Positions 40,355 through 49,988 of a stretch of 64,000 bases of DNA are shown piece after piece. The notes under the pieces are model-generated. The model was given only the letters and a program-made list of their open reading frames with translations. It made no database searches and had not been told where the DNA came from. The position numbers and the translations under genes are program-made. Origin of the DNA: Cenarchaeum sp. GTDB taxonomy: Archaea; Thermoproteota; Nitrososphaeria; Nitrososphaerales; Nitrosopumilaceae. Positions within the stretch are counted from its first letter, which is position 1, and each line of letters starts with the position of its first letter. Location: positions 736,001-800,000 of the forward strand of contig OY843768.1 in NCBI GenBank assembly GCA_963693095.2, written 5' to 3'.

Positions 40355-41575
40355 GTGCTAACGATAGACGATCTCGAGCTGCACGGCAGGACGGTCTTCC
40401 TGAGGGCAGACATGAACTGCCCAGTCGACGCTGCGACCGGAGAGATTGCCGGAACGGGCAGGATAGAGGAGACGGCCGAGACGGTCAGGGATTTGCAGGG
40501 CGCAAAGGTAGTCATTGCGTCGCACCAGGGCAGGGTGGGCAACTCGGACTATACCGGAATGGTAGAGCACGCAAAGGTAATGTCGCGCGTCCTGGGACGC
40601 AAGATAGAGCACGTTCAGGACGTCATCGGCGAGGCAGCAAGCAGGGCGATATCAGAGATGAGTGACGGCGACGTTCTCCTCCTAGACAACCTGAGGCTGT
40701 GCGCCGAGGAGAATTACGAGTTCCCCCCAGAGGAGGCAGCGGGCACGATAATGGTAAAGAGGCTATCCGGACTCTTTGACGCGTGCGTTCTAGACTCGTT
40801 TCCAAGCGCGCACAGGGCACACCCGTCGCTAGTCGGAATGCCAAGGGTACTTCCCGCGTGCGCCGGCAGGCTAGTCGAGCGCGAGGTTCGCCGGCTAGGC
40901 GAGATAATGTCAGTCGCAAAGGCGCCGCACGTCCTCGTCCTCGGCGGAGCAAAGGTTCGCGACAGGCTAGAGGCAATAAGGCTGCTCATCGAGGGCGGGA
41001 GGGCCGACCACGTGCTGCTCACCGGCATGGTCGCTAGCGTGTTCCTGCGCGCGCAGGGAAGGATCGGCCACGAGCTTGGGCTGCATGACGAGCGGGGCCT
41101 CGTCTCGACTGCCCACTCGCTAATCGGCGAGCACCCCGGCGTGTTCATGACGCCTGTTGATGTCGCCCTGGAGGGAACGTCTGGCAGGTCAGAAGTCGAC
41201 GTGCGCGAGCTGCCCGGCGGCGCGCACGTCCTAGACATTGGCCAAAAGACCGTCGCGCACTATGCGAGGACGATATCGGGGGCCGGAACCGTCTTTATGT
41301 CAGGTCCGGCCGGAATGTTTGAGCGCGAGGGCTTTGAGGCCGGCACGCGGGGCCTCCTAGAGGCAGTCTGCGACTCGATGGCAACGACAGTCGTGAGCGG
41401 CGGGCACCTGAGCACGGCGCTGAGGAGGTACGGCCTCTCGGGCCGCGTCGACCATGTCAGCACAGCCGGCGGCGCGCTGGTCCAGTACATGGCCGGACGG
41501 CGCCTCCCGATGATGCGCGCACTAGACGAGGCCGGAGAGCGCGAGCTGGAGAGGCGCGCCGGCAAGTCAGGCTAG
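40355..41575 (+). CDS. pgk: Phosphoglycerate kinase (archaeal type)
   Basis: Motifs LRADMNCP, SHQGR, LLDNLR, AHRAHPS, LGGAK, DIG, GPAGMFE, SGGH and HVSTAGGA. Confidence 0.95.
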   Translation: MLTIDDLELHGRTVFLRADMNCPVDAATGEIAGTGRIEETAETVRDLQGAKVVIASHQGRVGNSDYTGMVEHAKVMSRVLGRKIEHVQDVIGEAASRAISEMSDGDVLLLDNLRLCAEENYEFPPEEAAGTIMVKRLSGLFDACVLDSFPSAHRAHPSLVGMPRVLPACAGRLVEREVRRLGEIMSVAKAPHVLVLGGAKVRDRLEAIRLLIEGGRADHVLLTGMVASVFLRAQGRIGHELGLHDERGLVSTAHSLIGEHPGVFMTPVDVALEGTSGRSEVDVRELPGGAHVLDIGQKTVAHYARTISGAGTVFMSGPAGMFEREGFEAGTRGLLEAVCDSMATTVVSGGHLSTALRRYGLSGRVDHVSTAGGALVQYMAGRRLPMMRALDEAGERELERRAGKSG

Positions 41576-41587
41576 GCAGCCCGCTCG

Positions 41588-41740
41588 GCGTTTTGGCAAA
41601 AAAAAAATCACACACTAGGGGGCACTGCTCTTTTGCCATACTGCCTGCCCTGCGTTTTGAAAAAAAAATCACACTAGGTGGTACTCTGCTCGTTCGCCAG
41701 GCTGCCGGCCAGGCGTTTTGAAAAAAAGCGCGCACTGGCC
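41588..41740. repeat. Three degenerate ~62-bp repeats with A7-A10 tracts between convergent pgk and mqnE
   Basis: GCGTTTTG(GC)A7-10...CACT(A)GG at 41588, 41652 and 41713. These read as T-tracts on the minus strand and could be terminators for mqnE. Confidence 0.6.
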
Positions 41741-41822
41741 GACTATGCAAAAGACGCACTCGGAAGAACACCTGGCGCGCGCAGGCCACACGAACACAAG
41801 TTGATCCCGGCAGAAAGGCGCA

Positions 41823-42920
41823 CTAGAGGCGGCGAACCGTCCCAAACATCGTGTCACGCTGGACGGGCGTGCGCCCAATCTCGCGAACCAACGCGCCAAG
41901 CTCGTCAACAGACGAGCCAGTGGACTTGCCGGCTGCCCTGTATATCTCCTCAGAGAACGCGGTCCCGACAAGGTCGTTGCCGCCGTTGGAGAGGGCGACC
42001 TGCGCGAGCTTTTTGCCGTACGCGACCCAATAGACCGAGATGTTGTCTAGCGCGCCGGCGAGCAGGAGGCGCGAGGCGGCCATGACGCGCAGGTCGTATA
42101 TCGAGGAGCACTCGGCAGTCACGTCCCCGTCGCGGACCAGCTCCGTGTTCTCGAGGCTGAACTTTAGCGGGATGAACGTGATAAACCCGCGGGTCCTCTT
42201 TTGGAGCTCGCGCACGCGCAAGAGGTGGTCGACTATATGCTCGGGCCGCTCGACGTGCCCATAGAGCATCGTCACGTTGCTCCTTATGCCCTGCCTGTGC
42301 GCCTCCTCGACTGTGTCAAGCCACTCTTGGCCGCTGCACTTGCCGCGCACGACCCTCTTGCGCACGTCCGGATGCAGGATCTCGGCGCCCCCGCCGGGAA
42401 GCGTGTCAAGGCCGGCGTCCTTTAGCCTCGAGAGAATCTCGCGCACGCTCACCCTTGTGAGGGCCGAGAGGTAGAATATCTCAGCGGCCGTGAACGCCTT
42501 TATATGCATGGCCGGCTGGCTCTTTTTTATCGAGCGGAGCATCTCCTCATAGTACTCGAGTGGGAGCTTTGGGTGAAACCCGCCGACAATGTGGACCTCT
42601 GTTGCGCCCATGCCCCGCGCCGCCGAGACGCGCGCAGTTATCTGCTCGGCGCTAAGCGTGTACGCGTCATCATCGCCGGCCTTGCGGTAGAACGCGCACA
42701 TTTGGCAGCTCGCAGCGCAGACGTTGGTATAGTTCATGTAGTAGGATGCGGCAAACGTCACGTCATCTCCCACGCTCCGGCGGCGGACCTCGTCGGCGAC
42801 GGCGCCGACCATGTGCAGGTTTTCAAGCGAGAATATCTCCATGCCGTCCTCGGCGTCAAGCTCCTCGCCCGCAAGGGCCCGCTCAAGCGCGCGTGACTTG
42901 CCCACTAGGCTCTCTAGCAC
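41823..42920 (-). CDS. mqnE: Radical SAM aminofutalosine synthase MqnE (CofH-like family)
   Basis: NYTNVCAASCQMCAF (CxxxCxxC), EVHIVGGFHP.LP.EYY, HIKAFTAAEI, PGGGAEI, TMLYGHVE and VYWV. These are closer to MqnE than MqnC, but MqnC is not excluded. Confidence 0.8.
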   Translation of the reverse strand: MLESLVGKSRALERALAGEELDAEDGMEIFSLENLHMVGAVADEVRRRSVGDDVTFAASYYMNYTNVCAASCQMCAFYRKAGDDDAYTLSAEQITARVSAARGMGATEVHIVGGFHPKLPLEYYEEMLRSIKKSQPAMHIKAFTAAEIFYLSALTRVSVREILSRLKDAGLDTLPGGGAEILHPDVRKRVVRGKCSGQEWLDTVEEAHRQGIRSNVTMLYGHVERPEHIVDHLLRVRELQKRTRGFITFIPLKFSLENTELVRDGDVTAECSSIYDLRVMAASRLLLAGALDNISVYWVAYGKKLAQVALSNGGNDLVGTAFSEEIYRAAGKSTGSSVDELGALVREIGRTPVQRDTMFGTVRRL

Positions 42921-43123
42921 AAGGGTGCGCACCACACGGGCAAATATAACGCTTGAGCGCACAGCCGTCGTGCGCCACCTGCGCGCAAATGCTGGGAAAT
43001 CACGGCACCATGTGCGCCATGGCGCCGCCAGAGAGCTTAATCGCGCAGGGCCCGCATCAGGCCCACAGTCCGCTGCCCTGGGCAGGCTATATCATATATA
43101 GCAGGGCAGCGTGGAATTCGTGC

Positions 43124-43732
43124 ATGACGTCGCCCTATTGGAGAGCGCACGGGGACCCGCCAATAGTAGTGGGGACTGCGGCGACCACGATATATATGCT
43201 AGGCATCATACTGGCCATAGCAAGGGTCACCGGAATCGTGCACGATGTCGGATCGTTTGGCGCCGTCATTGGGACCATGGCGTTGGGGTTTATGGTCTAC
43301 ATATTTGTGAATAGCACAACGCGCGACAACAAGGCCGAGCGGGGCAGAGAGTATGAATTGAGGGAGGCTGACAGTGAAAACATCAGTCGATTAACACACA
43401 TAATCAACCAGTGTGAGATATCGCTGCTAAAATTAGAGCAGCATAAAGAAACACCCAGGGAGAGATCAGTCATGGAGTTACAATATGTGCGAGGCCAGAC
43501 AGATGATATTGTAAAAAATTATGAAAAGTATTTGAGTCCAGAAGGTCGAAAACTAGTCGGAATCATTAAGGACATAATCGACGAGATGAGGTTTAACGGC
43601 CATGCAGGAAATACACGAATGGATGACGCGATTAAAAATATAGTACAATTAAAACAACACGTAATAGATGTGGATGATCATGTGCTCAAAAGCATCAGAG
43701 AGTCAACCATGCACGGAACGCCAAATCAGTAG
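43124..43732 (+). CDS. Array gene A1: 2-TM membrane protein with helical C-terminal domain (202 aa)
   Basis: TATA box (CATATATA) about 25 nt upstream; two TM helices (TTIYMLGIILAIARV; FGAVIGTMALGFMVYIFV); AT-rich C-terminal half. Confidence 0.75.
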   Translation: MTSPYWRAHGDPPIVVGTAATTIYMLGIILAIARVTGIVHDVGSFGAVIGTMALGFMVYIFVNSTTRDNKAERGREYELREADSENISRLTHIINQCEISLLKLEQHKETPRERSVMELQYVRGQTDDIVKNYEKYLSPEGRKLVGIIKDIIDEMRFNGHAGNTRMDDAIKNIVQLKQHVIDVDDHVLKSIRESTMHGTPNQ

Positions 43733-43759
43733 AGAGGCAGATTCGCGCCCAACTGCGCA

Positions 43760-44305
43760 TTAGCGCATATAGCCCAACCGGAGCAGCTCGTCATAAATTT
43801 GCTCTACCTGTTTTTTTGTGTAGGTTGGTTTTGTGGACGCAACGTATTTGGGCAATTCTGCTCCAACAATCCTATACTTAAGTTCGACAAGAATTAGCCT
43901 ACTTGCAATTTCAAGCCAAGTGAGATCATGCGTATGCATAAACTGTAAAAATTCGTCCATGCGAGGCCAATAGGCAATATCCCTGGAATCCGCCTCAGAT
44001 ATGTCAGGCAAGACATAATAGTCGCTGGCAAGTTCCGGGGAATATGGCCCATAATCAAAAAGGCCATGGCCATAGGTAAATGCCAGACCAAACACATTTT
44101 GGGCAAAATAGACATACAGTTGGATTTTGATGCGTTCGCTTTCTGACGCATCTCTGGGGTTTTTGTCGCAGTCGATCAATTTGTGCTCAAGAAGGAGCTT
44201 GAGGAGCGGAGCCGTGTTGGGATCGGCAACTAGCGGGTCGTTCAAAAAATCCGGTATCTCCAACGGGGCACGCTCAACTGCTGTTCCATATGCCGCAGGA
44301 ATCAT
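43760..44305 (-). CDS. Array gene B1: YwgA/Panacea (DUF4065/SocA)-like antitoxin-fold protein (181 aa)
   Basis: Motifs RIKIQLYVYFAQ, Y.H.LF.YGPYSPELASDYY and WLEIAS match the 'R.K.QK..Y...Y....GPYS..L...LE..AT' signature. Confidence 0.65.
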   Translation of the reverse strand: MIPAAYGTAVERAPLEIPDFLNDPLVADPNTAPLLKLLLEHKLIDCDKNPRDASESERIKIQLYVYFAQNVFGLAFTYGHGLFDYGPYSPELASDYYVLPDISEADSRDIAYWPRMDEFLQFMHTHDLTWLEIASRLILVELKYRIVGAELPKYVASTKPTYTKKQVEQIYDELLRLGYMR

Positions 44306-44494
44306 GCTATGGCACCCCACTGACCCAGGCTGCTCTCCTCGCCGTCATGACTTGGCAGAGTGGCTTAAATGATTTAACTGTTTTTGGAATTCCACGCGCG
44401 AGAATCTAGCATTCCTGCCCATTTTGGTCAAATGGGCGCGATCCTGCCGATCCGTTTACCGCGGCTACGCCCGCCGTGGGGGGGGGGGGGTGCC

Positions 44495-44745
44495 GTGGCC
44501 AGGCTCCGCCGTGCCCTGCCGCGAATGTTCGCGTTCTGCACGTCGGCGCCGAGCCCACGAACGGCGCCTCTGAGAGGGCGCTGCTGCACGGGGCCGTGCG
44601 CCGCAAGACAGGCGGCCAGCTCAAGTGGGGCGCCGCCCCGGCCGAGCGTATGTCGACCACCCCGGCATGCCTCTTCACGTGGAAGGCCACGGGGAAGAGC
44701 GTGGCCGGGGAGGTCATGCTAGCGATCCGGGTGCTGACCCCATGC
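44495..44745 (+). pseudogene. IS66 transposase C-terminal remnant, unit 1
   Basis: ARLRRALPRMFAF / VGAEPTNGASERALLHGAVRRKTGGQLK...ACLFTWK, frameshifted; preceded by a G13 run at 44478-44490. Confidence 0.75.
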
Positions 44746-44781
44746 CCAGTATTAGCCACAAAGGAGACAACTGGCGAGATT

Positions 44782-44925
44782 ATGTTTAACGGCCATGCGG
44801 GAAATACACTCATGGATGACGCGATTAAAAAGATCGGCCAGCTAAATCAACACGTGAGGGATGTGGATGATCAAAAGCTCAAAAGAACCAGAGAGACGAC
44901 CATGCACGGGACGCCAGATCAGTAG
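44782..44925 (+). pseudogene. Orphan 3' tip (47 codons) of array gene A
   Basis: MFNGHAGNTLMDDAIKKIGQLNQHVRDVDDQKLKRTRETTMHGTPDQ is homologous to the last 47 aa of A1/A2. Confidence 0.75.
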
Positions 44926-44950
44926 AGGCAGATTCGCGCCCAACTGCGCA

Positions 44951-45496
44951 TTAGCGCATATAGCCCGACTGGAGCAGCTCGTCATAAACTTGCTCCACCT
45001 GTTTTTTTGTGTAGGTTGGTTTTGTGGACGCAACGTATTTGGGCAATTCTGCTCCAACAATCCTATCGCGGAATTCAACATGAATTAGCGTACTTGCAAT
45101 TTCAAGCCAAGTGAGATCATGCGAATGCGCAAACTGTAAAAATTCGTCCTTGCGAGACCAATAGGCAATATACTGGGAATCCGCCTCAGATATGTCAGGC
45201 AAAAGACGATAGTCACTGGCAAGTCCCGGAGAATGTGCCCCATGTCTAAAAAGCACATGATAATAGCTGAATGCCAGATCAAACACATTTTGGGCAAAAT
45301 AGACATACAGTTGGATTTTGATGCGGTCGTTTTCTGAGGCATCTCTGGGGTTTTTGCCACAGTCGATCAATTTGTGCTCAAAGAGGAGCTTGAGGAACGA
45401 GGCCGTGTTGGGATCGGGAATTTGCGGATCACTCAAAATACCCGGCATGTCTGCCATGGCACGCTCGGATACTGCACCATATGCCGTGGAAGCCAT
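44951..45496 (-). CDS. Array gene B2: YwgA/Panacea-like protein (181 aa)
   Basis: Intact 546-nt paralog with the variant loop YYHVLFRHGAHSPGL. Confidence 0.65.
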   Translation of the reverse strand: MASTAYGAVSERAMADMPGILSDPQIPDPNTASFLKLLFEHKLIDCGKNPRDASENDRIKIQLYVYFAQNVFDLAFSYYHVLFRHGAHSPGLASDYRLLPDISEADSQYIAYWSRKDEFLQFAHSHDLTWLEIASTLIHVEFRDRIVGAELPKYVASTKPTYTKKQVEQVYDELLQSGYMR

Positions 45497-45674
45497 GCTA
45501 TAGCACCCCACAGACACAGTCTGCTCGCCGCGTCACCATGACTCGGCAGAATGGCCCAAATGATTTAACTGTTATTGGAATTCCACGCGCGGGAATCGGG
45601 CATTCCTGCCCATTTTGGCCAAATGGGCGCGATCCTGCCGATCCATCTGCCGCGGTGGCGCCCGCCGGGGCGCG

Positions 45675-45935
45675 CCGTGCCCGGGCTCCGCTGCGCCCTG
45701 CCGCGAATGTTCGCGTTCTGCACGTCGGCGTCGAGCCCACGAACGGCGCCTCCGAGAGGGCGCTGCGGCACGGGGCCGTGCGCCGCAAGACAGGCGGCCA
45801 GCGCAAGTGGGGCGCCGCCTCGGCCGAGCGCATGTCGACTACCCCAGCATGTCTCTTCACGTGGAAGGCCACGTGAAAGGCCACGGGGAAGGGCGGGCCG
45901 TAGAGGCCATGCGCGCGATCCGGGTGCTGACCCCA
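45675..45935 (+). pseudogene. IS66 transposase remnant, unit 2
   Basis: EPTNGASERALRHGAVRRKTGGQ; shares a 4-bp deletion with units 1 and 3 and a ~12-bp duplication with unit 3. Confidence 0.75.
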
Positions 45936-45974
45936 TGCCCAGTATTAGCCACAAAGGAGACAACTGGCGAGATT

Positions 45975-46118
45975 ATGTTTAAAGGCCATGCGGGAAATAC
46001 ACTCATGGATGACGCGATTAAAAAGATCGGCCAGCTAAATCAACACGTGAGGGATGTGGATGATCAAGAGCTCAAAAGAACCAGAGAGACGACCATGCAC
46101 GGGACGCCAGATCAGTAG
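45975..46118 (+). pseudogene. Orphan 3' tip of array gene A
   Basis: MFKGHAGNTLMDDAIKKIGQLNQHVRDVDDQELKRTRETTMHGTPDQ. Confidence 0.75.
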
Positions 46119-46143
46119 AGGCAGATTCGCGCCCAACTGCGCA

Positions 46144-46689
46144 TTAGCGCATATAGCCCAACCGGAGCAGCTCGTCATAAACTTGCTCTACCTGTTTTTT
46201 CGTGTAGGTTGGTTTTGTGGACGCAACGTATTTGGGCAATTCTGCTCCAACAATCCCATACTTGAGTTCAACAAGAATTAGCCTACTTGCAATTTCAAGC
46301 CAAGTGAGATCATGCGAATGCGCAAACTGTAAAAATTCGTCCATGCGAGGCCAATAGGCAATATCCAGGGAATCCGCCTCAGATATGTCAGGCAAAACAT
46401 AATAGTCGCTGGCAAGTTCAGGGGAATACGGCCCATAATCAAAAAGGCCATGGCCGTAGGTAAATTCCAGACCAAACACATTTTGGGCAAAAAAGACATA
46501 CAGTTGGATTTTGACGCGTTCGTTTTCTGACGCATCTCTGGGGTTTTTGTCACAGTCGATCAATTTGTGCTCAAAAAGGAGCTTGAGGAGTGGAGCAGTG
46601 TTGGGATCGGCAAGTAGCGGATCTTTCAAAAAATCTGGTATCTCCAACGGGGCACGTTCATGTATTACCCCATATGACGCAGGAATCAT
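46144..46689 (-). CDS. Array gene B3: YwgA/Panacea-like protein (181 aa)
   Basis: Intact 546-nt paralog with GPYSPELASDYY. Confidence 0.65.
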   Translation of the reverse strand: MIPASYGVIHERAPLEIPDFLKDPLLADPNTAPLLKLLFEHKLIDCDKNPRDASENERVKIQLYVFFAQNVFGLEFTYGHGLFDYGPYSPELASDYYVLPDISEADSLDIAYWPRMDEFLQFAHSHDLTWLEIASRLILVELKYGIVGAELPKYVASTKPTYTKKQVEQVYDELLRLGYMR

Positions 46690-46869
46690 GCTATGGCACC
46701 CCACTGACCCAGTATGCTCGCCGCGTCGCCATGCTCCAGCAGAATTACCCAAATGATTTAACCGTTTTTGGAATTCCACGCGCGGGAATCGGGCATTCCT
46801 GCCCATTTTGGCCAAATAGACGCGATCCTGTCGATCCATTTACCGCGGTGGCGCCCGCCGGGGCGCGCC

Positions 46870-47310
46870 GTGGCCAGGCTCCACTGCGCCCTGCCGCGAA
46901 TGTTCGCGTTCTGCACGTCGGCGTCGAGCCCACGAACGGCGCCGCCGAGAGGGCGCTGCGGCACGGGGCCGTGCGCCGCAAGGCAGGCGGCCAGCGCAAG
47001 TGGAGCGACGTCTCGGCCGAGTGCATGTCGACCACCCCAGCATGTCTCTTCACGTGGAAGGCCACGTGAAAGGCCACGGGGAAGGGCGGGCCGTAGAGGC
47101 CATGCGCGCGATCCGGGTGCTGCCCCCATACCCAGTATTAGCCATAAGGAGACAACCGATGAGATGATGTTTAACGGCCATGCGGGAAACACACTCATGG
47201 ATGACGCGATTAAAAAGATCGGCCAGCTAAATCAACACGTAAGGAATGTGGATGATCAAGAGCTCAAAGGGATCAAAGTCGACCATGCATGGAACGCCAA
47301 ATCAGTAAAG
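46870..47310 (+). pseudogene. IS66 remnant unit 3 plus frameshifted 3' tip of gene A
   Basis: EPTNGAAERALRHGAVRRK, then DEMMFNGHAGNTLMDDAIKK with a frameshift near 47270. Confidence 0.7.
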
Positions 47311-47335
47311 AGGCAGATTCGTGCCCAACTGCGCA

Positions 47336-47881
47336 CTAGCGCATATAGCCCAACCGGAGAAGCTCGTCATAAACTTGTTCTACCTGTTTTTTTGTGTAGG
47401 TTGGTTTTAGGAACGTAACGTGTTTGGGCAAGGCTGTTCCAACAATCCCATCGCGAAATTCAACATGAATTAGCGTACTTGCAATTTCAATCCAAGTGAG
47501 ATCATGCGTATGCGCAAACTGTAAAAATTCGTCCATGCGAGTCCAATAGGCAATATCCCTGGAATCCGCCTCAGATATGTCAGGCAAGAGATAGTAATCG
47601 CTGGCAAGTTGCGGGGAATATGGGCCATGTTCAAAAAGCCCATGGGAGTAGGTAAATGCCAGACCAAACACATTTTTGGCAAAATAGACATACAGTTGGA
47701 TTTTGACGCGTTCGCTTTCTGACGCATCTCTGGGGTTATTGCCACAGTCGATCAATTTGTGCTCAAAAAGGAGCTTGAGGAGTGGAGCCGTGTTGGGATC
47801 GGCAACGCGCGGATCGTTCAAAAAAGAGTCCAAGTCCGTCGTGGCACGCTCGGATACTGTGCCATATGCCGCGGAAACCAT
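47336..47881 (-). CDS. Array gene B4: YwgA/Panacea-like protein (181 aa)
   Basis: Intact 546-nt paralog with GPYSPQLASDYY. Confidence 0.65.
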   Translation of the reverse strand: MVSAAYGTVSERATTDLDSFLNDPRVADPNTAPLLKLLFEHKLIDCGNNPRDASESERVKIQLYVYFAKNVFGLAFTYSHGLFEHGPYSPQLASDYYLLPDISEADSRDIAYWTRMDEFLQFAHTHDLTWIEIASTLIHVEFRDGIVGTALPKHVTFLKPTYTKKQVEQVYDELLRLGYMR

Positions 47882-48172
47882 GCTATGGCACCCCACAGAC
47901 CCAGTATGCTCCCCGCGTCACCATGACTCAGCAGAGTGGCCTAAATAATTTAACCGTTTTTGGAATTCCACGCGCGGGAATCGGGCATTCCTGCCTGTTT
48001 TGGCCAAATGGACGCGATCCCGCCGATCCGTTTACCGCAATGGGGTGGAATTCCAGCCCATGTGCGCCATAGCGCCACCGGAGAGCTTAATCGTGCAAGG
48101 ACCGCATCAGGCCAAAGTCCACGGCTCAGGGCAGGCTATATCATATATAGCCGGGCAGCGTGGAATTCGTGC

Positions 48173-48781
48173 ATGACGTCGCCCTATTGGAGAACGCACG
48201 GCGACCCGCCAATAGTCGTGGGGACTGCGGCGACGACGATATACATACTAGGCATCATACTGGCCATAGCAAGGGTCACCGGAATCGTGCACGACGTTGG
48301 ATCGTTTGGCGCCGTCATTGGGACCATGGCGCTGGGGTTTATGCTCTACATATTTGTGAATAGCACAACGCGCGACAACAAGGCCGAGCGGGGCAAAGAG
48401 TATGAATTGAGGGAGGCTGACAGTGAAAACATCAGTAGATTAACACGCATGATCAAGCAGTGTGCGATAACGCTGCAAAAATTAGATCAACATAAAGAAA
48501 TATTCAAAAAAAGACCGGACATGGCAATACAACACCTGTTAGGACTGATAGACGATATTTCAACAAATTATGAAAAGTATTTGAGTCTAGAAGGCCGGAA
48601 ACTATTCGAAATTATTAGGGACACAATTGACGAGATGATGTTTAACGGCCATGCAGGAAATACACGTACGGACGATATGATTAAAAAGATCGATCAGCTG
48701 AATCAACATATAAGGGATGTGGATGATCAAGAGCTCAAAAGAAACAGAGAGTCGATCATGCACGGAACGGAAAATCAGTAG
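48173..48781 (+). CDS. Array gene A2: 2-TM membrane protein (202 aa)
   Basis: Same length and promoter as A1; TM half nearly identical, cytosolic helical half strongly diverged. Confidence 0.75.
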   Translation: MTSPYWRTHGDPPIVVGTAATTIYILGIILAIARVTGIVHDVGSFGAVIGTMALGFMLYIFVNSTTRDNKAERGKEYELREADSENISRLTRMIKQCAITLQKLDQHKEIFKKRPDMAIQHLLGLIDDISTNYEKYLSLEGRKLFEIIRDTIDEMMFNGHAGNTRTDDMIKKIDQLNQHIRDVDDQELKRNRESIMHGTENQ

Positions 48782-48804
48782 AGGCAGATTCGTGCAACTG
48801 CGCA

Positions 48805-49350
48805 TTAGCGCATATAGCCCAACTGGAGCAGCTCGTCATAAATTTGCTCTACCTGTTTTTTTGTGTAGGTTGGTTTTAAGGTAGCAACGTATTTGGGCAA
48901 TTCTGGTCCAACAATCCTATCGCGAAATTCAATATGAATTAGCCTACTTGCAATTTCAAGCCAAGTGAGATCATGCGTATGCGCAAACTGTAAAAATTCG
49001 TCCATGCGAGACCAATAGGCAATATCCTGGGAATCCGCCTCAGATATGTCAGGCAAGAGATAGTAATCACGTGCAAGTTGCGGGGAATGTGGCCCATGTT
49101 CAAAAAGCCCATAGCGATAGGTAAATGCCAGATTAAACACATTTTGGGCAAAAAAGAAATACAGTTGGATTTTGATGCGTTCGCTTTCTGACGCATCTCT
49201 GGGGTTTTTGTCACAGTTGATCAATTTGTGCTCAAAAAGGAGCTTGAGGAGCGGAGCCGTGTTGGGATCGGCAACGAACGGATCGTTCAAAAAAGAGTCC
49301 AAGTCCGCCATGGCACGCTCGGATACTGTACCATATGCAGTGGAAGCCAT
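48805..49350 (-). CDS. Array gene B5: YwgA/Panacea-like protein (181 aa)
   Basis: Intact 546-nt paralog with GPHSPQLARDYY. Confidence 0.65.
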   Translation of the reverse strand: MASTAYGTVSERAMADLDSFLNDPFVADPNTAPLLKLLFEHKLINCDKNPRDASESERIKIQLYFFFAQNVFNLAFTYRYGLFEHGPHSPQLARDYYLLPDISEADSQDIAYWSRMDEFLQFAHTHDLTWLEIASRLIHIEFRDRIVGPELPKYVATLKPTYTKKQVEQIYDELLQLGYMR

Positions 49351-49529
49351 GCTATGGCACCCCACAGACCCAGTCTGCTCGCCGCGTCACCATGACTCAG
49401 CAGAGTGGCCCAAATGATTTAACTGTTTTTGGAAATCCACGCGCTGGAATCGGGCATACCTGCCCATTTTGGCCAAACGGGCGCGATTCTGCCGATCCGT
49501 TTACTGCAACGGCGCCCGCCGGGGCGTGC

Positions 49530-49965
49530 CGTGGCCAGGCTCCGCCGCGCCCTGCCGCGAATGTTCGCGTTCTGCGAGCACGTCGGCGTCAAGCCCACGA
49601 ACGGCGTCGCCGAGAGGGCACTGCGGCACGGGGTCGTGCGCCGCAAGACAGGCGGCCAGCTCAAGTGGGGCGCCGTCTCGGCCGAGCGCATGTCAACCAC
49701 CCCGGCATGCCTCTTCACGTGGAGGGCCACGGGGAAGAGGGGGCCGTAGAGGCCATGCGCGCGTCCCAAGTGCTGACCACATGCCCAGTATTAGCCATAA
49801 GGAAGACAACCGGCGAGATGATGTTTGATGACCATGTAGGAAATACATGAATGTGTGTGGCGATTAAAAATATAGAGCGATGAAATCAACATGTAGCGGA
49901 TGGGGTGATCAAGAGCTCAGGGGGATCAGAGAGTCGATCACGCACGGAACGCCAAAACAGTAGAG
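49530..49965 (+). pseudogene. IS66 remnant (best preserved) plus degenerate 3' tip of gene A
   Basis: In-frame ARLRRALPRMFAFCEHVGVKPTNGVAERALRHGVVRRKTGGQLKWG...CLFTWRATGK; the A tip is interrupted by stops. Confidence 0.78.
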
Positions 49966-49988
49966 GCATATTCGCGCCCAACTGCGCA

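Noticed and set aside
41588-41740. Mini-CRISPR interpretation of the 62-bp repeats
   Set aside because: The repeats are degenerate homopolymer-rich units, the intervening sequences resemble each other, and no cas genes are nearby.
44476-46118. IS66-remnant/A-tip fusion ORFs (149 and 167 aa) as real genes
   Set aside because: Frames differ between units and cross frameshifted transposase sequence, so they are probably incidental.
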